DNA of 63,956 bases, the filler included, from Acidimicrobiia bacterium (GTDB lineage: Bacteria; Actinomycetota; Acidimicrobiia; Spongiisociales; CAZKJJ01): NCBI GenBank assembly GCA_046759765.1. It is 3 parts of 3 records of this genome, joined end to end, with 100 filler letters (N's around TTAATTAATTAA, not from the genome) between each part and the next. Parts side by side here need not be neighbours in the genome. Positions count along the whole stretch, not along the records: positions 1 to 22,430 come from JBHICV010000026.1; 2 more parts are not named here. One strand, written 5' to 3'. Shown one piece after another: positions 9,572 through 19,464 of the stretch. Numbering within the stretch: the stretch's first letter is position 1; each line of letters starts with the position of its first letter. Position numbers and translations under genes: made by a program. The notes beneath the pieces were generated by a model. That model had not been told where the DNA came from, ran no database searches, and worked only from the letters and a program-made list of their open reading frames with translations.

Positions 9572-11993
9572 GGCCGTAACGATCACTATCGACGGCCGGC
9601 CCGTAAAGGTCCCGGCCGACCAGCTTCTAATCGCCGTCGCCGAAGACAACGGCACGTACATCCCCCGGTTCTGCTGGCACCGGAGGATGAAGCCCGTCGG
9701 GATGTGTCGCATGTGTCTCGTCGAGATCGAGACACCACGAGGGCCGCTCCTCACCACCGCCTGCACGACAACTGTGAGCGAGGGCATGGCGGTGATCACC
9801 GCTTCGGATGTTGTCCGCAAGGCGCAGGAGGGAGTACTCGAATTCCTTCTCATCAACCACCCGCTCGACTGCCCGGTCTGCGACCGGGGCGGCGAATGCC
9901 CGCTGCAGGACCAGACGATGGCCCACGGGCCGGGCGAGAGCCGCTTCGTGGAGGAGAAGCGCCACTTCTCGAAGCCGATCTCGATCTCCGACCTCGTGCT
10001 GCTCGATCGTGAGCGCTGCATCCTCTGTGCGCGCTGCACGCGGTTCTCGGATGAGGTCTCGGGTGATCCGCTCATTGAATTCATCGACCGGGCCTATGGG
10101 ACCCAGGTGAACACGTTTCCCGACGAGCCTTTCGCCTCGTACTTCTCCGGCAACACAGTGCAGATCTGCCCCGTCGGGGCGCTTACCGCCGTGCCCTACC
10201 GGTTTCGGGCTCGTCCCTGGGACCTGACCTCGGTCGAGAGCACCTGCCCTCACTGTGTCGTTGGTTGCCGGATCTCCGTCCAGGCAAGCCAAAACCAGGT
10301 TCTACGCTTCCTCGGCGTCGACAACGAGCCGACCAATCAAGGGTGGCTTTCCGACAAGTGCCGGTTCGGCTTCGAGTATGTGAACTCGCCCGACCGGCTG
10401 ACAACTCCTTTGATCCGAAACGGCGACGGCGGCTTCTCCGAAACCACCTGGAGCGATGCGCTCGGGTTGGTTGCCTCTCGGCTGTCCGAGATCATCGCCT
10501 CCCACGGCGAATCGGCGGTGGCGGCCATCGGCGGGGCCAGGGGCACGAACGAAGACGCCTATGCCCTCGCCAAGTTCATGCGCGTTGCCGTGCGAAGCAA
10601 TCACGTCGATGCTCAACTCGACGACGGGCTGGAGCCGGGGTTCCTGGCCGGTGTCACACCGAGAGCCAAGATCGCCGATCTGGACGACGCCAAGACGATC
10701 CTGCTGTGGGGCCCCGACCTCAAGGAGGAAATAGGGACCCTCTATCTGCGAGTAAGACACGCCGTCCAGGAGCAAGGTGCCCGGCTCGTTGTCCTTCATC
10801 CCCGCCGCACGGGCCTCGATGACAAGGCAGAGTTTCGCTTCATTTACCGGCCGGGTCAGGGCAGTGCTGTCCTAGCGAAGCTGGCAGTCGGGCAAGGCGA
10901 GTTCGCCGATGCTCGGGCTGCTTTGGCCGAGGGTGGCGTGGTCGCTCTCGTGGGTCGAACCGGACTGACGGAGGATCGACGCCTGGCGGAGTCTGTCGCT
11001 GCTTTTGCCCGCGACGACCTGGGAGCCAGGATCATGCCGCTTGTCCGCCGCTCCAACACTTACGGCGCGCTGGATATGGGCCTTGCCCCGACTCTACTGC
11101 CGGGACGGGCGTCCATCGAGCAGGGACGAGGGAGCCTGACGGAGGGGTGGGGGGAGCTACCGGAGGGGCCGGGTCGCGAGACAGCCGGGATGTTGCTGGG
11201 CCTCGTAACCGGGGACATCAAGGCGCTGGTCCTCGCCGGTGCTGATCCAGTTTCGGATGTGCCCGACGGCGGGCTGGCGAAACAGGCGCTGGAAGCCGCG
11301 GATTTCATCGTTGCCTTGGATTTGTTTCTGACGGACTCGTCCCGATTGGCAGATGTGATTCTTCCCGCGAAAGCCTTCACCGAGAAGGAAGGGACCGTCA
11401 CCAACCTCGAGGGTCGCGTGCAAAAGGTCAACCAGCTGATCGCCGGCCCCGGGCAGGTAAGGGCCGAGTGCGACATCTTCGACGAGATTGCCTCCCGGAT
11501 GGGCAGACCCATTGGTCTGCCTTCTGCCGGCGCAGCACAGAAGGAAGTTGCAGTGCTGGCCTCCGCTTACGAGGGGCTCACGTGGGACTTTCTCGACGAA
11601 CAGCGTGAGGGAGTCGTTGTCCCGGCCGCGGGGGCCGCTCAACCATTCGAATTCCTGCCGGTGTGGCACGAGCTGCCGGCCACCGCGGCTCCGATGGTGC
11701 TGCATCTGGCGCGAACTCTCTACGACGACGGAGTCACGATCTCCAAGAGCCCGACGCTTGGGAAGCTCGCGCCAGGTGGAGCGGCGTGGCTACATCCCGA
11801 CGAAGCATCGGCCCTGGGTCTCGAGCAAGGAGAGCTGGTTCGACTCCGCGGCCAAACCACCGAAATCGAGCTGCCGGTGGAATTAGATCCTTCGCTCCTG
11901 CCCGGAGTGGTCTACGTGCCGTTCAACCAGCCAGAAACCCCGCCCCTGGGGACCGACCTGGAACTCACGGTGGCGAAGGCGGGGGTGCACTGA
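9564..11993 (+). CDS. nuoG: NADH-quinone oxidoreductase subunit G
   Basis: PRFC..H, GMCRMC, NHPLDCPVCDRGGEC, RCILCARC, CPHCVVGC. Confidence 0.95.
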   Translation: MTEAVTITIDGRPVKVPADQLLIAVAEDNGTYIPRFCWHRRMKPVGMCRMCLVEIETPRGPLLTTACTTTVSEGMAVITASDVVRKAQEGVLEFLLINHPLDCPVCDRGGECPLQDQTMAHGPGESRFVEEKRHFSKPISISDLVLLDRERCILCARCTRFSDEVSGDPLIEFIDRAYGTQVNTFPDEPFASYFSGNTVQICPVGALTAVPYRFRARPWDLTSVESTCPHCVVGCRISVQASQNQVLRFLGVDNEPTNQGWLSDKCRFGFEYVNSPDRLTTPLIRNGDGGFSETTWSDALGLVASRLSEIIASHGESAVAAIGGARGTNEDAYALAKFMRVAVRSNHVDAQLDDGLEPGFLAGVTPRAKIADLDDAKTILLWGPDLKEEIGTLYLRVRHAVQEQGARLVVLHPRRTGLDDKAEFRFIYRPGQGSAVLAKLAVGQGEFADARAALAEGGVVALVGRTGLTEDRRLAESVAAFARDDLGARIMPLVRRSNTYGALDMGLAPTLLPGRASIEQGRGSLTEGWGELPEGPGRETAGMLLGLVTGDIKALVLAGADPVSDVPDGGLAKQALEAADFIVALDLFLTDSSRLADVILPAKAFTEKEGTVTNLEGRVQKVNQLIAGPGQVRAECDIFDEIASRMGRPIGLPSAGAAQKEVAVLASAYEGLTWDFLDEQREGVVVPAAGAAQPFEFLPVWHELPATAAPMVLHLARTLYDDGVTISKSPTLGKLAPGGAAWLHPDEASALGLEQGELVRLRGQTTEIELPVELDPSLLPGVVYVPFNQPETPPLGTDLELTVAKAGVH

Positions 11994-13081
11994 TGGACTT
12001 CGTCGACGTACTGATCGTGGTCGTCAAGTCGGTCGTCATCTTCGGCCTGCTTCTCGTCATGACGCTGTTGCTGATCTGGATCGAACGCAAGCTCGTAGCC
12101 GATATGCAGAGCCGAATCGGCCCCGATCGCGCCGGGCCGTGGGGAATCCTCCAGAGCCTTGCCGACGGCATCAAGCTCTTCTTCAAGGAGCCACTGACAC
12201 CGCGGAAGGTCGAACTGGGGGTCTATCTGGCCGCACCGATCCTGGCGATCATCCCCGCCTTCTTGATGTTCATGGTCATCCCTATTGGCGACACGGTGAC
12301 GATTGGAGGCAGAGAGATCACCCTGCAGGGAACCGATCTGAACATCGGAGTGCTTTACGTTTTGGCGGTTTCCTCGGTGGCCGTCTACTCGGTCGTTCTG
12401 GCCGGATGGTCCTCCGGCTCCAAGTATCCGCTACTCGGGGGGATCCGAGCCAGTGCTCAGGCCATCTCCTACGAAGCTGCACTAGGGCTGGCGCTCGTCC
12501 CGGTCGTCGCGTATGTGGGGACGATGTCCCTGGCGGGCATCGTTGCCCAGCAGGCAGGAACGTTCGAGGATGCCCTGCCTGCTCTGGGGTGGGTACTTCG
12601 TTTCGTGCCGGCCTGGAACGTCTTCCCCATGTTTGTGTCCTTCGTGATCTTCTTCATCGCGGCCGTGGCAGAGACCAACCGCGCTCCGTTCGACCTGGTC
12701 GAGGCCGAGCAAGAGCTGGTCGGAGGATTCCACACCGAATACTCGGGAGTCCGCTTCGCGATGTTCTTCCTGGCCGAGTACATCAACATCTTCACGATGT
12801 CCGCCCTAATCGCCGTCATCTTCCTCGGCGGCTGGAACGGGCCGCTCTTCGAAGACACCCTTCCCACCTGGGTCTCCTCGCTCCTCCCGGTCGGTTACTT
12901 CTTCGCCAAGACCGCGCTGGTTCTCTTCGTCTTCTTCTGGATAAGGGCCACGCTGCCGCGATTCCGGTATGACCAGCTGATGACATTGGGCTGGAAACGG
13001 CTCATCCCCGTCGCCCTGGTTTGGCTCGTGGCTTCAACTGTGGCCGTGGGTTTGCGCGAGTTCGGCCTGCCTTGGTCGTGA
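11993..13081 (+). CDS. nuoH: NADH-quinone oxidoreductase subunit H
   Basis: ERKLVADMQSRIGP, ETNRAPFDL, EYSG, RATLPRFRYDQLM. Confidence 0.96.
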   Translation: MDFVDVLIVVVKSVVIFGLLLVMTLLLIWIERKLVADMQSRIGPDRAGPWGILQSLADGIKLFFKEPLTPRKVELGVYLAAPILAIIPAFLMFMVIPIGDTVTIGGREITLQGTDLNIGVLYVLAVSSVAVYSVVLAGWSSGSKYPLLGGIRASAQAISYEAALGLALVPVVAYVGTMSLAGIVAQQAGTFEDALPALGWVLRFVPAWNVFPMFVSFVIFFIAAVAETNRAPFDLVEAEQELVGGFHTEYSGVRFAMFFLAEYINIFTMSALIAVIFLGGWNGPLFEDTLPTWVSSLLPVGYFFAKTALVLFVFFWIRATLPRFRYDQLMTLGWKRLIPVALVWLVASTVAVGLREFGLPWS

Positions 13082-13085
13082 GCTG

Positions 13086-13769
13086 ATGGGGATAGTGAAG
13101 GACTTCGCGAAGGGCCTAGCGGTCACCTTCCGGCACCTCGGGCGGAAGCCCGTCACCAGCCGCTACCCACAGGAGAAGAAGCCCAAGCCACAACGCTTCC
13201 ACGGTCGTCACGTCCTCAATCGCTACGAAGACGGCATGGAGAAGTGCATCGGTTGTGAGCTCTGCGCCGGGGCGTGTCCGGCTGACTGTATCTACGTGCG
13301 CGGCAAGGACAATCCGCCCGACGATCCGGTCAGTCCGGGCGAGCGCTATGGGTTCGTTTATGAGATCAACATGCTTCGCTGCATCTTCTGCGGACTCTGC
13401 GTCGAGGCCTGTCCCACCGAGGCCATCACCATGACGCACCTGTTCGAGTTCTCGGTGACCGATCGGGAGGACGCGATATACACGCGAGCCGAGCTGCTCG
13501 TTGAACCGGACGGAACGCCGAACCATCCCCAGCCGGAAGGGCCGCTCGTCGATCTCGGTGAACTTCAGAAAGCGGACGGATGGATGAGGGCTACGGCACC
13601 ATCAGGACGCGCTTCGTATGAGGGAACCGCGTCTTGGACACCATCAGCCGGCGTGGGCCTGCGCCCGCCTGAGGTGGGGCAATCGGCCGACTCCGATGAG
13701 GCGGTGGCTTCCTCCTCCAGCCCCGCGGGGGAGAGTCCCGAGCAAAGCGAGGCGGAGGGGGTTCTTTGA
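13086..13769 (+). CDS. nuoI: NADH-quinone oxidoreductase subunit I
   Basis: CIGCELCAGACP and CIFCGLCVEACP; low-complexity C-terminal extension. Confidence 0.96.
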   Translation: MGIVKDFAKGLAVTFRHLGRKPVTSRYPQEKKPKPQRFHGRHVLNRYEDGMEKCIGCELCAGACPADCIYVRGKDNPPDDPVSPGERYGFVYEINMLRCIFCGLCVEACPTEAITMTHLFEFSVTDREDAIYTRAELLVEPDGTPNHPQPEGPLVDLGELQKADGWMRATAPSGRASYEGTASWTPSAGVGLRPPEVGQSADSDEAVASSSSPAGESPEQSEAEGVL

Positions 13770-14284
13770 TCGAAGCCATTCTCTTCGTGATTCTCGCCTC
13801 GGTAGCCGTGGCCGGAGCCTTGGCCGTGGTACTCGCCCGCAACCCCGTATACAGCGCGATGGGGTTGCTGGCGACGATGTTCGCACTCGCGGTTTTCTAC
13901 GTAGTCCACTTAGCCCACTTCGTCGCCGCGGTCCAGGTGATCGTCTACGCGGGCGCCGTGATCACGCTGTTTCTGTTCGTGATCATGCTGATCGGCGTCG
14001 ACCGCGCGGAAGACACGACTGAGAGCCTCCCGGGCCAGCGGAAGCTCGTAATCGCTCTCGTAGCAGTCACGGGCGTCGTAGCCGCGGCGCTGACCTTCGC
14101 GGCTCCATTCGATTGGGTCGCCCCAGAAATCGGGGGTGAAGCACCCAACGGCACGATCGAAGCCGTCTCAACGGTCCTGTTCTCCGAATGGCTGGTCCCG
14201 GTGATTGGAACCGCGCTCCTGCTCACAATCGGAGCAGTCGGCGCCTTGTCCCTTGCCTACTTCCGACCCCGGAGAGAGCCGTGA
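13766..14284 (+). CDS. nuoJ: NADH-quinone oxidoreductase subunit J
   Basis: [23 protein letters not shown]; operon position. Confidence 0.93.
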   Translation: MIEAILFVILASVAVAGALAVVLARNPVYSAMGLLATMFALAVFYVVHLAHFVAAVQVIVYAGAVITLFLFVIMLIGVDRAEDTTESLPGQRKLVIALVAVTGVVAAALTFAAPFDWVAPEIGGEAPNGTIEAVSTVLFSEWLVPVIGTALLLTIGAVGALSLAYFRPRREP

Positions 14285-14586
14285 TCGTCACCGCGGGCTG
14301 GTATATGGGCCTGGCCGCGGCCCTCTTCCTGATCGGCGCGGTTGGGCTCCTGGTCCGGCGAAACGCCCTCATCATGTTTATGGCGGTCGAGCTGATGCTG
14401 AATGCCGTAAACCTGACCTTCGTTGCCGCCGGGCGTGAGCTGAGGAATTTGGACGGGCAGGTGGCGGTGTTCTTCGTCCTGGTTGTGGCGGCGGCGGAGG
14501 TTGCGGTGGGCCTGGCGATCATCGTGGCGGTGTTCCGTCAGAGGGCCACGGCTTCGGTTGACGAGCTGGCGGAGATGCGCGGCTGA
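14281..14586 (+). CDS. nuoK: NADH-quinone oxidoreductase subunit K
   Basis: [36 protein letters not shown] overlap. Confidence 0.95.
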   Translation: MIVTAGWYMGLAAALFLIGAVGLLVRRNALIMFMAVELMLNAVNLTFVAAGRELRNLDGQVAVFFVLVVAAAEVAVGLAIIVAVFRQRATASVDELAEMRG

Positions 14587-16469
14587 TGCCAACCGAGTTC
14601 GTCTGGGTTGTGATCGCCCTGCCACTAGCCGGCGCGGTGCTCCTGCATTTCGTGGGAGGGCGTCTTCCTTCGCCGGCCTCGGGCTGGCTGGCGACTGCCA
14701 CCGTCGGCTTGTCCTTCGTCGTAGCTCTCGTAGCAGCGGTGCCCTTCTTCGAGGGCGATGGGCAGGCAGAGGTCGTCGTTCTCTACTCGTGGATGCCGGC
14801 GGTCGGCGCCACCGTCGAATTCCTTTGGGATCCCCTCTCGGCGTTCATGACATTGATCGTCACCGGTATCGGTGCGCTGATCCACCTCTTCTCGATCGGC
14901 TACATGAGTGGTGACGATCGCTTCGGGAGGTTCTTCACGTATTTGAACCTCTTCGTCGCTTCGATGCTGATTCTGGTGCTTGCCAACAACTTTGCGGTCT
15001 TGTTCGTCGGCTGGGAGCTCGTGGGGCTTTGCTCCTACCTCCTGATCTCCTTCTGGTTCACTAGGCCGGCTGCAGCTGCGGCCGGCAAGAAGGCCTTCGT
15101 TGTCAACCGTATTGGAGATGTCGGTTTCATCGTCGGCCTCATGCTCACTTTCGCGGCTTTCGGCACGCTCTCGTACTCGGAGGTGCTGCATGATCCCGCC
15201 GAGACGATCGCGGCCGGAACCGCAACGGCGATCGGCCTGCTTCTTCTCCTAGGCGCGACCGGAAAGTCGGCTCAGCTTCCGCTCCACGTTTGGTTGCCGG
15301 ATGCCATGGAAGGACCGACACCTGTCTCGGCACTCATTCACGCGGCGACCATGGTCACGGCTGGGGTTTATATGATCGCCAGGGTTTCTCCAATCTATGA
15401 GCTGGCGCCCACGGCATCGGCGATCGTGCTGGTTGTCGGTGCCCTTACCGCCCTCTTTGCCGCCACGATCGCGCTGACCCAGACTGACATCAAACGCGTC
15501 CTCGCCTTCTCAACTGTCAGCCAGCTCGGCTACATGTTCATGGCAGTTGGTGTCGCCGGCTATGTCGCCGGCCTCTTCCATCTCATGACACACGCCTTCT
15601 TCAAAGCGCTGCTCTTCCTCGGCGCCGGCTCGGTGATACATGCACTGGCTGACGAGCAGAACATGCATCGGATGGGAGGGCTCTTTCGGAAGATGCCCAT
15701 CACGGCCGTGACCATGGCCATTGGAACCCTGGCGCTTGTCGGCGTACCACCGTTCGCGGGCTTCTGGTCGAAGGACGAGGTCCTAGGAGTGGTATTCGAT
15801 CAAGGCGGCTGGTTTTACGTCGCGTGGGGAGTCGGGATCCTCACTGCGCTCCTGACGGGCTTCTATGCGACTCGTCTCCTTGTCCTCACCTTCGGCGGTC
15901 GCCCCCGCTGGCGCGGCGTCGAACCCCATGAGTCTCCCCGCATCATGACGGTACCTCTGATCGTGCTGGCGGCTGGGGCAATGCTGATCGGGTTCTCCAA
16001 CACGCCGATCGGCGTGTGGCTCGAGCACTTCTTGGAGCCGTCGTTCGAAGGCGTGACACTGGCTGTGCCACCTGCTCCTCCCGTCTTCTTCGCCCTGGCG
16101 TTGGTAGCGCTCCTCGCCTCAATGTCCGGGTTGGTGATCGCAGCCGTTATCTATATCGGGCCGTTAGACGTTCGAGTGCGGCTCTACTCGCTCGGGAGGC
16201 GATCCTGGGAGCTGGTCCGTAGCGGGTACCGCGTCGACGATGCCTACGGAGCCGCAATAGTCGCACCGTCCTATCGACTCGCCTCGTGGACCGCGTTCAG
16301 CTTCGACGCGCAAGTCGTAGACGGAGCGGTCAACGGAACCGGACGGTTGATTACCCAGCTGGGAGAGTCGCTGCGAGGACTCCAGACCGGATACGTTCGG
16401 AATTACGCACTGGGGCTCGCGGGCGGGGCGCTGGCGATCGTCGTCTGGTTGATCGCGAGAGCCCTGTGA
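14586..16469 (+). CDS. nuoL: NADH-quinone oxidoreductase subunit L
   Basis: GKSAQLPLHVWLPDAMEGPTPVSALIHAATMV, HAFFKALLFL. Confidence 0.96.
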   Translation: MPTEFVWVVIALPLAGAVLLHFVGGRLPSPASGWLATATVGLSFVVALVAAVPFFEGDGQAEVVVLYSWMPAVGATVEFLWDPLSAFMTLIVTGIGALIHLFSIGYMSGDDRFGRFFTYLNLFVASMLILVLANNFAVLFVGWELVGLCSYLLISFWFTRPAAAAAGKKAFVVNRIGDVGFIVGLMLTFAAFGTLSYSEVLHDPAETIAAGTATAIGLLLLLGATGKSAQLPLHVWLPDAMEGPTPVSALIHAATMVTAGVYMIARVSPIYELAPTASAIVLVVGALTALFAATIALTQTDIKRVLAFSTVSQLGYMFMAVGVAGYVAGLFHLMTHAFFKALLFLGAGSVIHALADEQNMHRMGGLFRKMPITAVTMAIGTLALVGVPPFAGFWSKDEVLGVVFDQGGWFYVAWGVGILTALLTGFYATRLLVLTFGGRPRWRGVEPHESPRIMTVPLIVLAAGAMLIGFSNTPIGVWLEHFLEPSFEGVTLAVPPAPPVFFALALVALLASMSGLVIAAVIYIGPLDVRVRLYSLGRRSWELVRSGYRVDDAYGAAIVAPSYRLASWTAFSFDAQVVDGAVNGTGRLITQLGESLRGLQTGYVRNYALGLAGGALAIVVWLIARAL

Positions 16470-18007
16470 CGGACTTTCCCTTGCTCACGGCCATCATTCT
16501 CTTGCCTTTCCTCGGCGCCGTCATCGTTTCACTCCTACCGCGACGGCGTCCCGAATTGCTACTTCCTGTCGGTGTCGTGGTCAGTTTGCTTCCTCTGGGC
16601 GCCGTCGGGTACCTCTACGCGACTTTCGAGGTGGGCGTCGCCGGTTTCCAGTTCGTCGAAGACGCCAACCTGTACCGGCCGTGGGGCATCAGCTGGCATC
16701 TGGGTGTCGACGGGATCTCACTGGTACTGGTGGCGCTGACCGCACTGCTCGTACCGATTGCGCTCGCCGCTTCCGTGGCCATCACCGACCGGGTGAAGTC
16801 CTTCATTGCCGCCACTTTGACACTCGAAGCAGGTCTGCTCGGTGTCTTTCTATCCCTCGACCTTCTGGTCTTCTTCGTCTTCTTCGAGGTGATCCTCGTG
16901 CCCATGTACTTCATCATCGGGATCTGGGGCAGCGAACGGCGCCTCTACGCGGCCATAAAGTTCTTCCTCTTCACGGCGTTCGGCTCCGCGCTCATGTTGG
17001 GCGGTATCGTCGCTCTGGGACTGCAACACCTCGATCAGGTCGGACGGCTCTCGTTCGACTACCTGGCGCTTCTCCAACTCGACTTGGATTCGTCCAGCCA
17101 GCTCTGGCTCTTTGCCGTGTTCGCACTCGCCTTCGCCATCAAGGTGCCGCTCTTTCCGCTGCACACGTGGCTGCCCGACGCGCACGTGGAGGCGCCGACG
17201 GCGGGTTCGGTGCTGCTGGCCGGTGTGCTCCTGAAGCTTGGCACCTATGGCTTTCTCCGCTTCAACCTGCCGCTGTTCCCGGAAGCATCCGTAGATCTGG
17301 TCCCCGTGCTGGCGGTTCTCTCGGTGATTGGGATCATCTATGGAGCCGCGGTAGCCACCGTCCAGCCCGATCTCAAGAAGCTCGTGGCGTACTCCTCGGT
17401 CAGTCACCTGGGGTTCGTGGTTCTCGGGATCTTCGCGCTCACCAGTCAAGGCTTGCAAGGTGGAGTGATTCAGATGGTCAACCACGGCCTGACCACCGGA
17501 GCCCTCTTCCTCCTCGTCGGAATGCTTTACGACCGCAGGCACACCAAGAACATCTCCGACTTTGGTGGCTTGCAGAAGGTGATCCCGGTCTTCGCCGGGA
17601 TCTTCCTGTTCATGGCGTTTGCATCCATCGGCTTGCCGGGCCTGAACGGCTTTGTCGGCGAGTTCATGATTCTGCTCGGCAGCTACGTGACCCTTCCCGG
17701 CTTCGCGATCGTGGCCGCCGTAGGTGTTGTTCTCGCGGCCGTCTATCTGCTTTGGGCTTATGAGCGGGTCTTTACCGGGCCTGTGCAGGAGGAGAACAAG
17801 AGCGTTCCGGACGTCGGACTTCGCGAGATAGTCATCGTGGCTCCCCTGGTGGCTCTGGTGGTGTTGCTGGGCGTGTATCCGCGGGTGGCGCTCGACAGGA
17901 TCGCTCCCTCCACCGAGTTGGTGCTAGAGCGAATCGCGGCCGAAACCGGTTACGAGGCCCCGTATCCGGGCAGGGTGACTGACGTCGCCGGAGGCTCGGG
18001 AGGATGA
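16466..18007 (+). CDS. nuoM: NADH-quinone oxidoreductase subunit M
   Basis: LGVDGIS, KVPLFPLHTWLPDAHVEAPT, AYSSVSH; GTGA overlap. Confidence 0.96.
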   Translation: MTDFPLLTAIILLPFLGAVIVSLLPRRRPELLLPVGVVVSLLPLGAVGYLYATFEVGVAGFQFVEDANLYRPWGISWHLGVDGISLVLVALTALLVPIALAASVAITDRVKSFIAATLTLEAGLLGVFLSLDLLVFFVFFEVILVPMYFIIGIWGSERRLYAAIKFFLFTAFGSALMLGGIVALGLQHLDQVGRLSFDYLALLQLDLDSSSQLWLFAVFALAFAIKVPLFPLHTWLPDAHVEAPTAGSVLLAGVLLKLGTYGFLRFNLPLFPEASVDLVPVLAVLSVIGIIYGAAVATVQPDLKKLVAYSSVSHLGFVVLGIFALTSQGLQGGVIQMVNHGLTTGALFLLVGMLYDRRHTKNISDFGGLQKVIPVFAGIFLFMAFASIGLPGLNGFVGEFMILLGSYVTLPGFAIVAAVGVVLAAVYLLWAYERVFTGPVQEENKSVPDVGLREIVIVAPLVALVVLLGVYPRVALDRIAPSTELVLERIAAETGYEAPYPGRVTDVAGGSGG

Positions 18008-19464
18008 GCGAGGCGGGAGTCTCCTTCCTGGCCGTGGCGCCGGAGATCGCGCTCGTGATCGGCGCGTTGATCATTCTCGGTGGGGAGGTCTACCGACATC
18101 CGCCTACCCAACAGCTCGGTGCAGTTGTCGGGGTGACGCTGGCGGTCGCCTTCGGGCTGGCTGTGGCGCAGTGGGTTCAGGTCCGGAACTGCGGTGCGTT
18201 CTTGTCGTTCGGCGGGATGATCCTCACCGACCACTTCAGCGTCTTCGCACGGTTCGTCGTGCTGGCAGTGGCGGCAGGTGGCCTGGCGGCCGCGTGGGGG
18301 ATGATCGACAGTGTCGGCCGCCGAGCAGCCGAAGCGCTTGTCTTGATGCTTCTCGCCGCCGTCGGCTTCCAACTCATGGCCGCGTCAGTCCAGCTGATGA
18401 TGACTTTCGTGGCGCTGGAGATCGGTTCGATCAGCCTGTATGTCCTGGCCGGCTTTACCCGAGAGCGGATCTCGGCCGACGAAGCGGCGCTCAAATACTT
18501 CCTGCTGGGTGCATTCGCCTCGGCGATCTTCGTCTATGGGATCGCACTCACCTACGCAGGAACGGGCACGGTCTCCCTGTTAGAAATCGGCTCCTGGAGC
18601 GCAAGCCAGGGCGTTGCTCCTCCGACGGTCGTGCTGCTCGGCCTGGCCCTGCTTCTGTCTGGTCTGGCCTTCAAGATCTCTGCGGCCCCATTTCACGCCT
18701 GGGCGCCGGATGTTTACCAGGGTGCCCCCGCCGGCGTGACCGGTTTCATGGCTGCCGTCGCCAAGGTGGGAGGATTTGCAGCTCTGCTGCGAATCACCGG
18801 CCTCGGTTTCGCCGACCTAGACGAGCTCTGGGGCTCGGCTCTCGCGGCTCTGGCCGCTGTCTCGCTGGTCGTGGGCACGGTGCTCGCCATAGTCCAGCCG
18901 GACGTGCGGAGGATCCTGGCCTACTCGGGAGTCGCTCACGCGGGATTCATACTCATCGGAGTACTCGCCGGAGCGGACGGCTACTCAGCTGTGTGGTTCT
19001 ACTTGGCTGTTTACGCGGTCCAGATCATGGCCGGGTTCGCGGTCGTGGCGGCAGTTGGCGGCGCGTCGGCGTCGGGTGCTCCCCTCGAGCAGTTCACTGG
19101 GCTGGGCGTACGCAGCCCCTTCCTCGCAGCCTCGCTGGCGGTGATGATGCTGGCCATGGCCGGGATCCCCCTCACTGCCGGGTTTGTGGGCAAGTTTGCA
19201 GTCTTCGTCGCCGGCTGGGAGGCCGGGTACGAGTGGCTCGTGATTTTGGGCCTGGTGACAGCCGTGGCGGGTTTGTTCTTCTATCTGCGAGTCATCGTTG
19301 TGATGTACATGGGAGCTCCCGTTCCGGTCGAGGCCCCCGGTGCGGCGCGTGCCAAGCTCCACACTCCAGGTCCCATCCGCTGGTTGCTTGCCGTTTCACT
19401 GGCGGTGACAATCGTGCTGGGTATCTACCCCACTCCGCTTTTGAGTTTCCTCGGTGTCCTTTGA
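18004..19464 (+). CDS. nuoN: NADH-quinone oxidoreductase subunit N
   Basis: EAALKYFLLG, FKISAAPFHAWAPDVYQGAP, LAYSGVAHAG. Confidence 0.96.
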   Translation: MSEAGVSFLAVAPEIALVIGALIILGGEVYRHPPTQQLGAVVGVTLAVAFGLAVAQWVQVRNCGAFLSFGGMILTDHFSVFARFVVLAVAAGGLAAAWGMIDSVGRRAAEALVLMLLAAVGFQLMAASVQLMMTFVALEIGSISLYVLAGFTRERISADEAALKYFLLGAFASAIFVYGIALTYAGTGTVSLLEIGSWSASQGVAPPTVVLLGLALLLSGLAFKISAAPFHAWAPDVYQGAPAGVTGFMAAVAKVGGFAALLRITGLGFADLDELWGSALAALAAVSLVVGTVLAIVQPDVRRILAYSGVAHAGFILIGVLAGADGYSAVWFYLAVYAVQIMAGFAVVAAVGGASASGAPLEQFTGLGVRSPFLAASLAVMMLAMAGIPLTAGFVGKFAVFVAGWEAGYEWLVILGLVTAVAGLFFYLRVIVVMYMGAPVPVEAPGAARAKLHTPGPIRWLLAVSLAVTIVLGIYPTPLLSFLGVL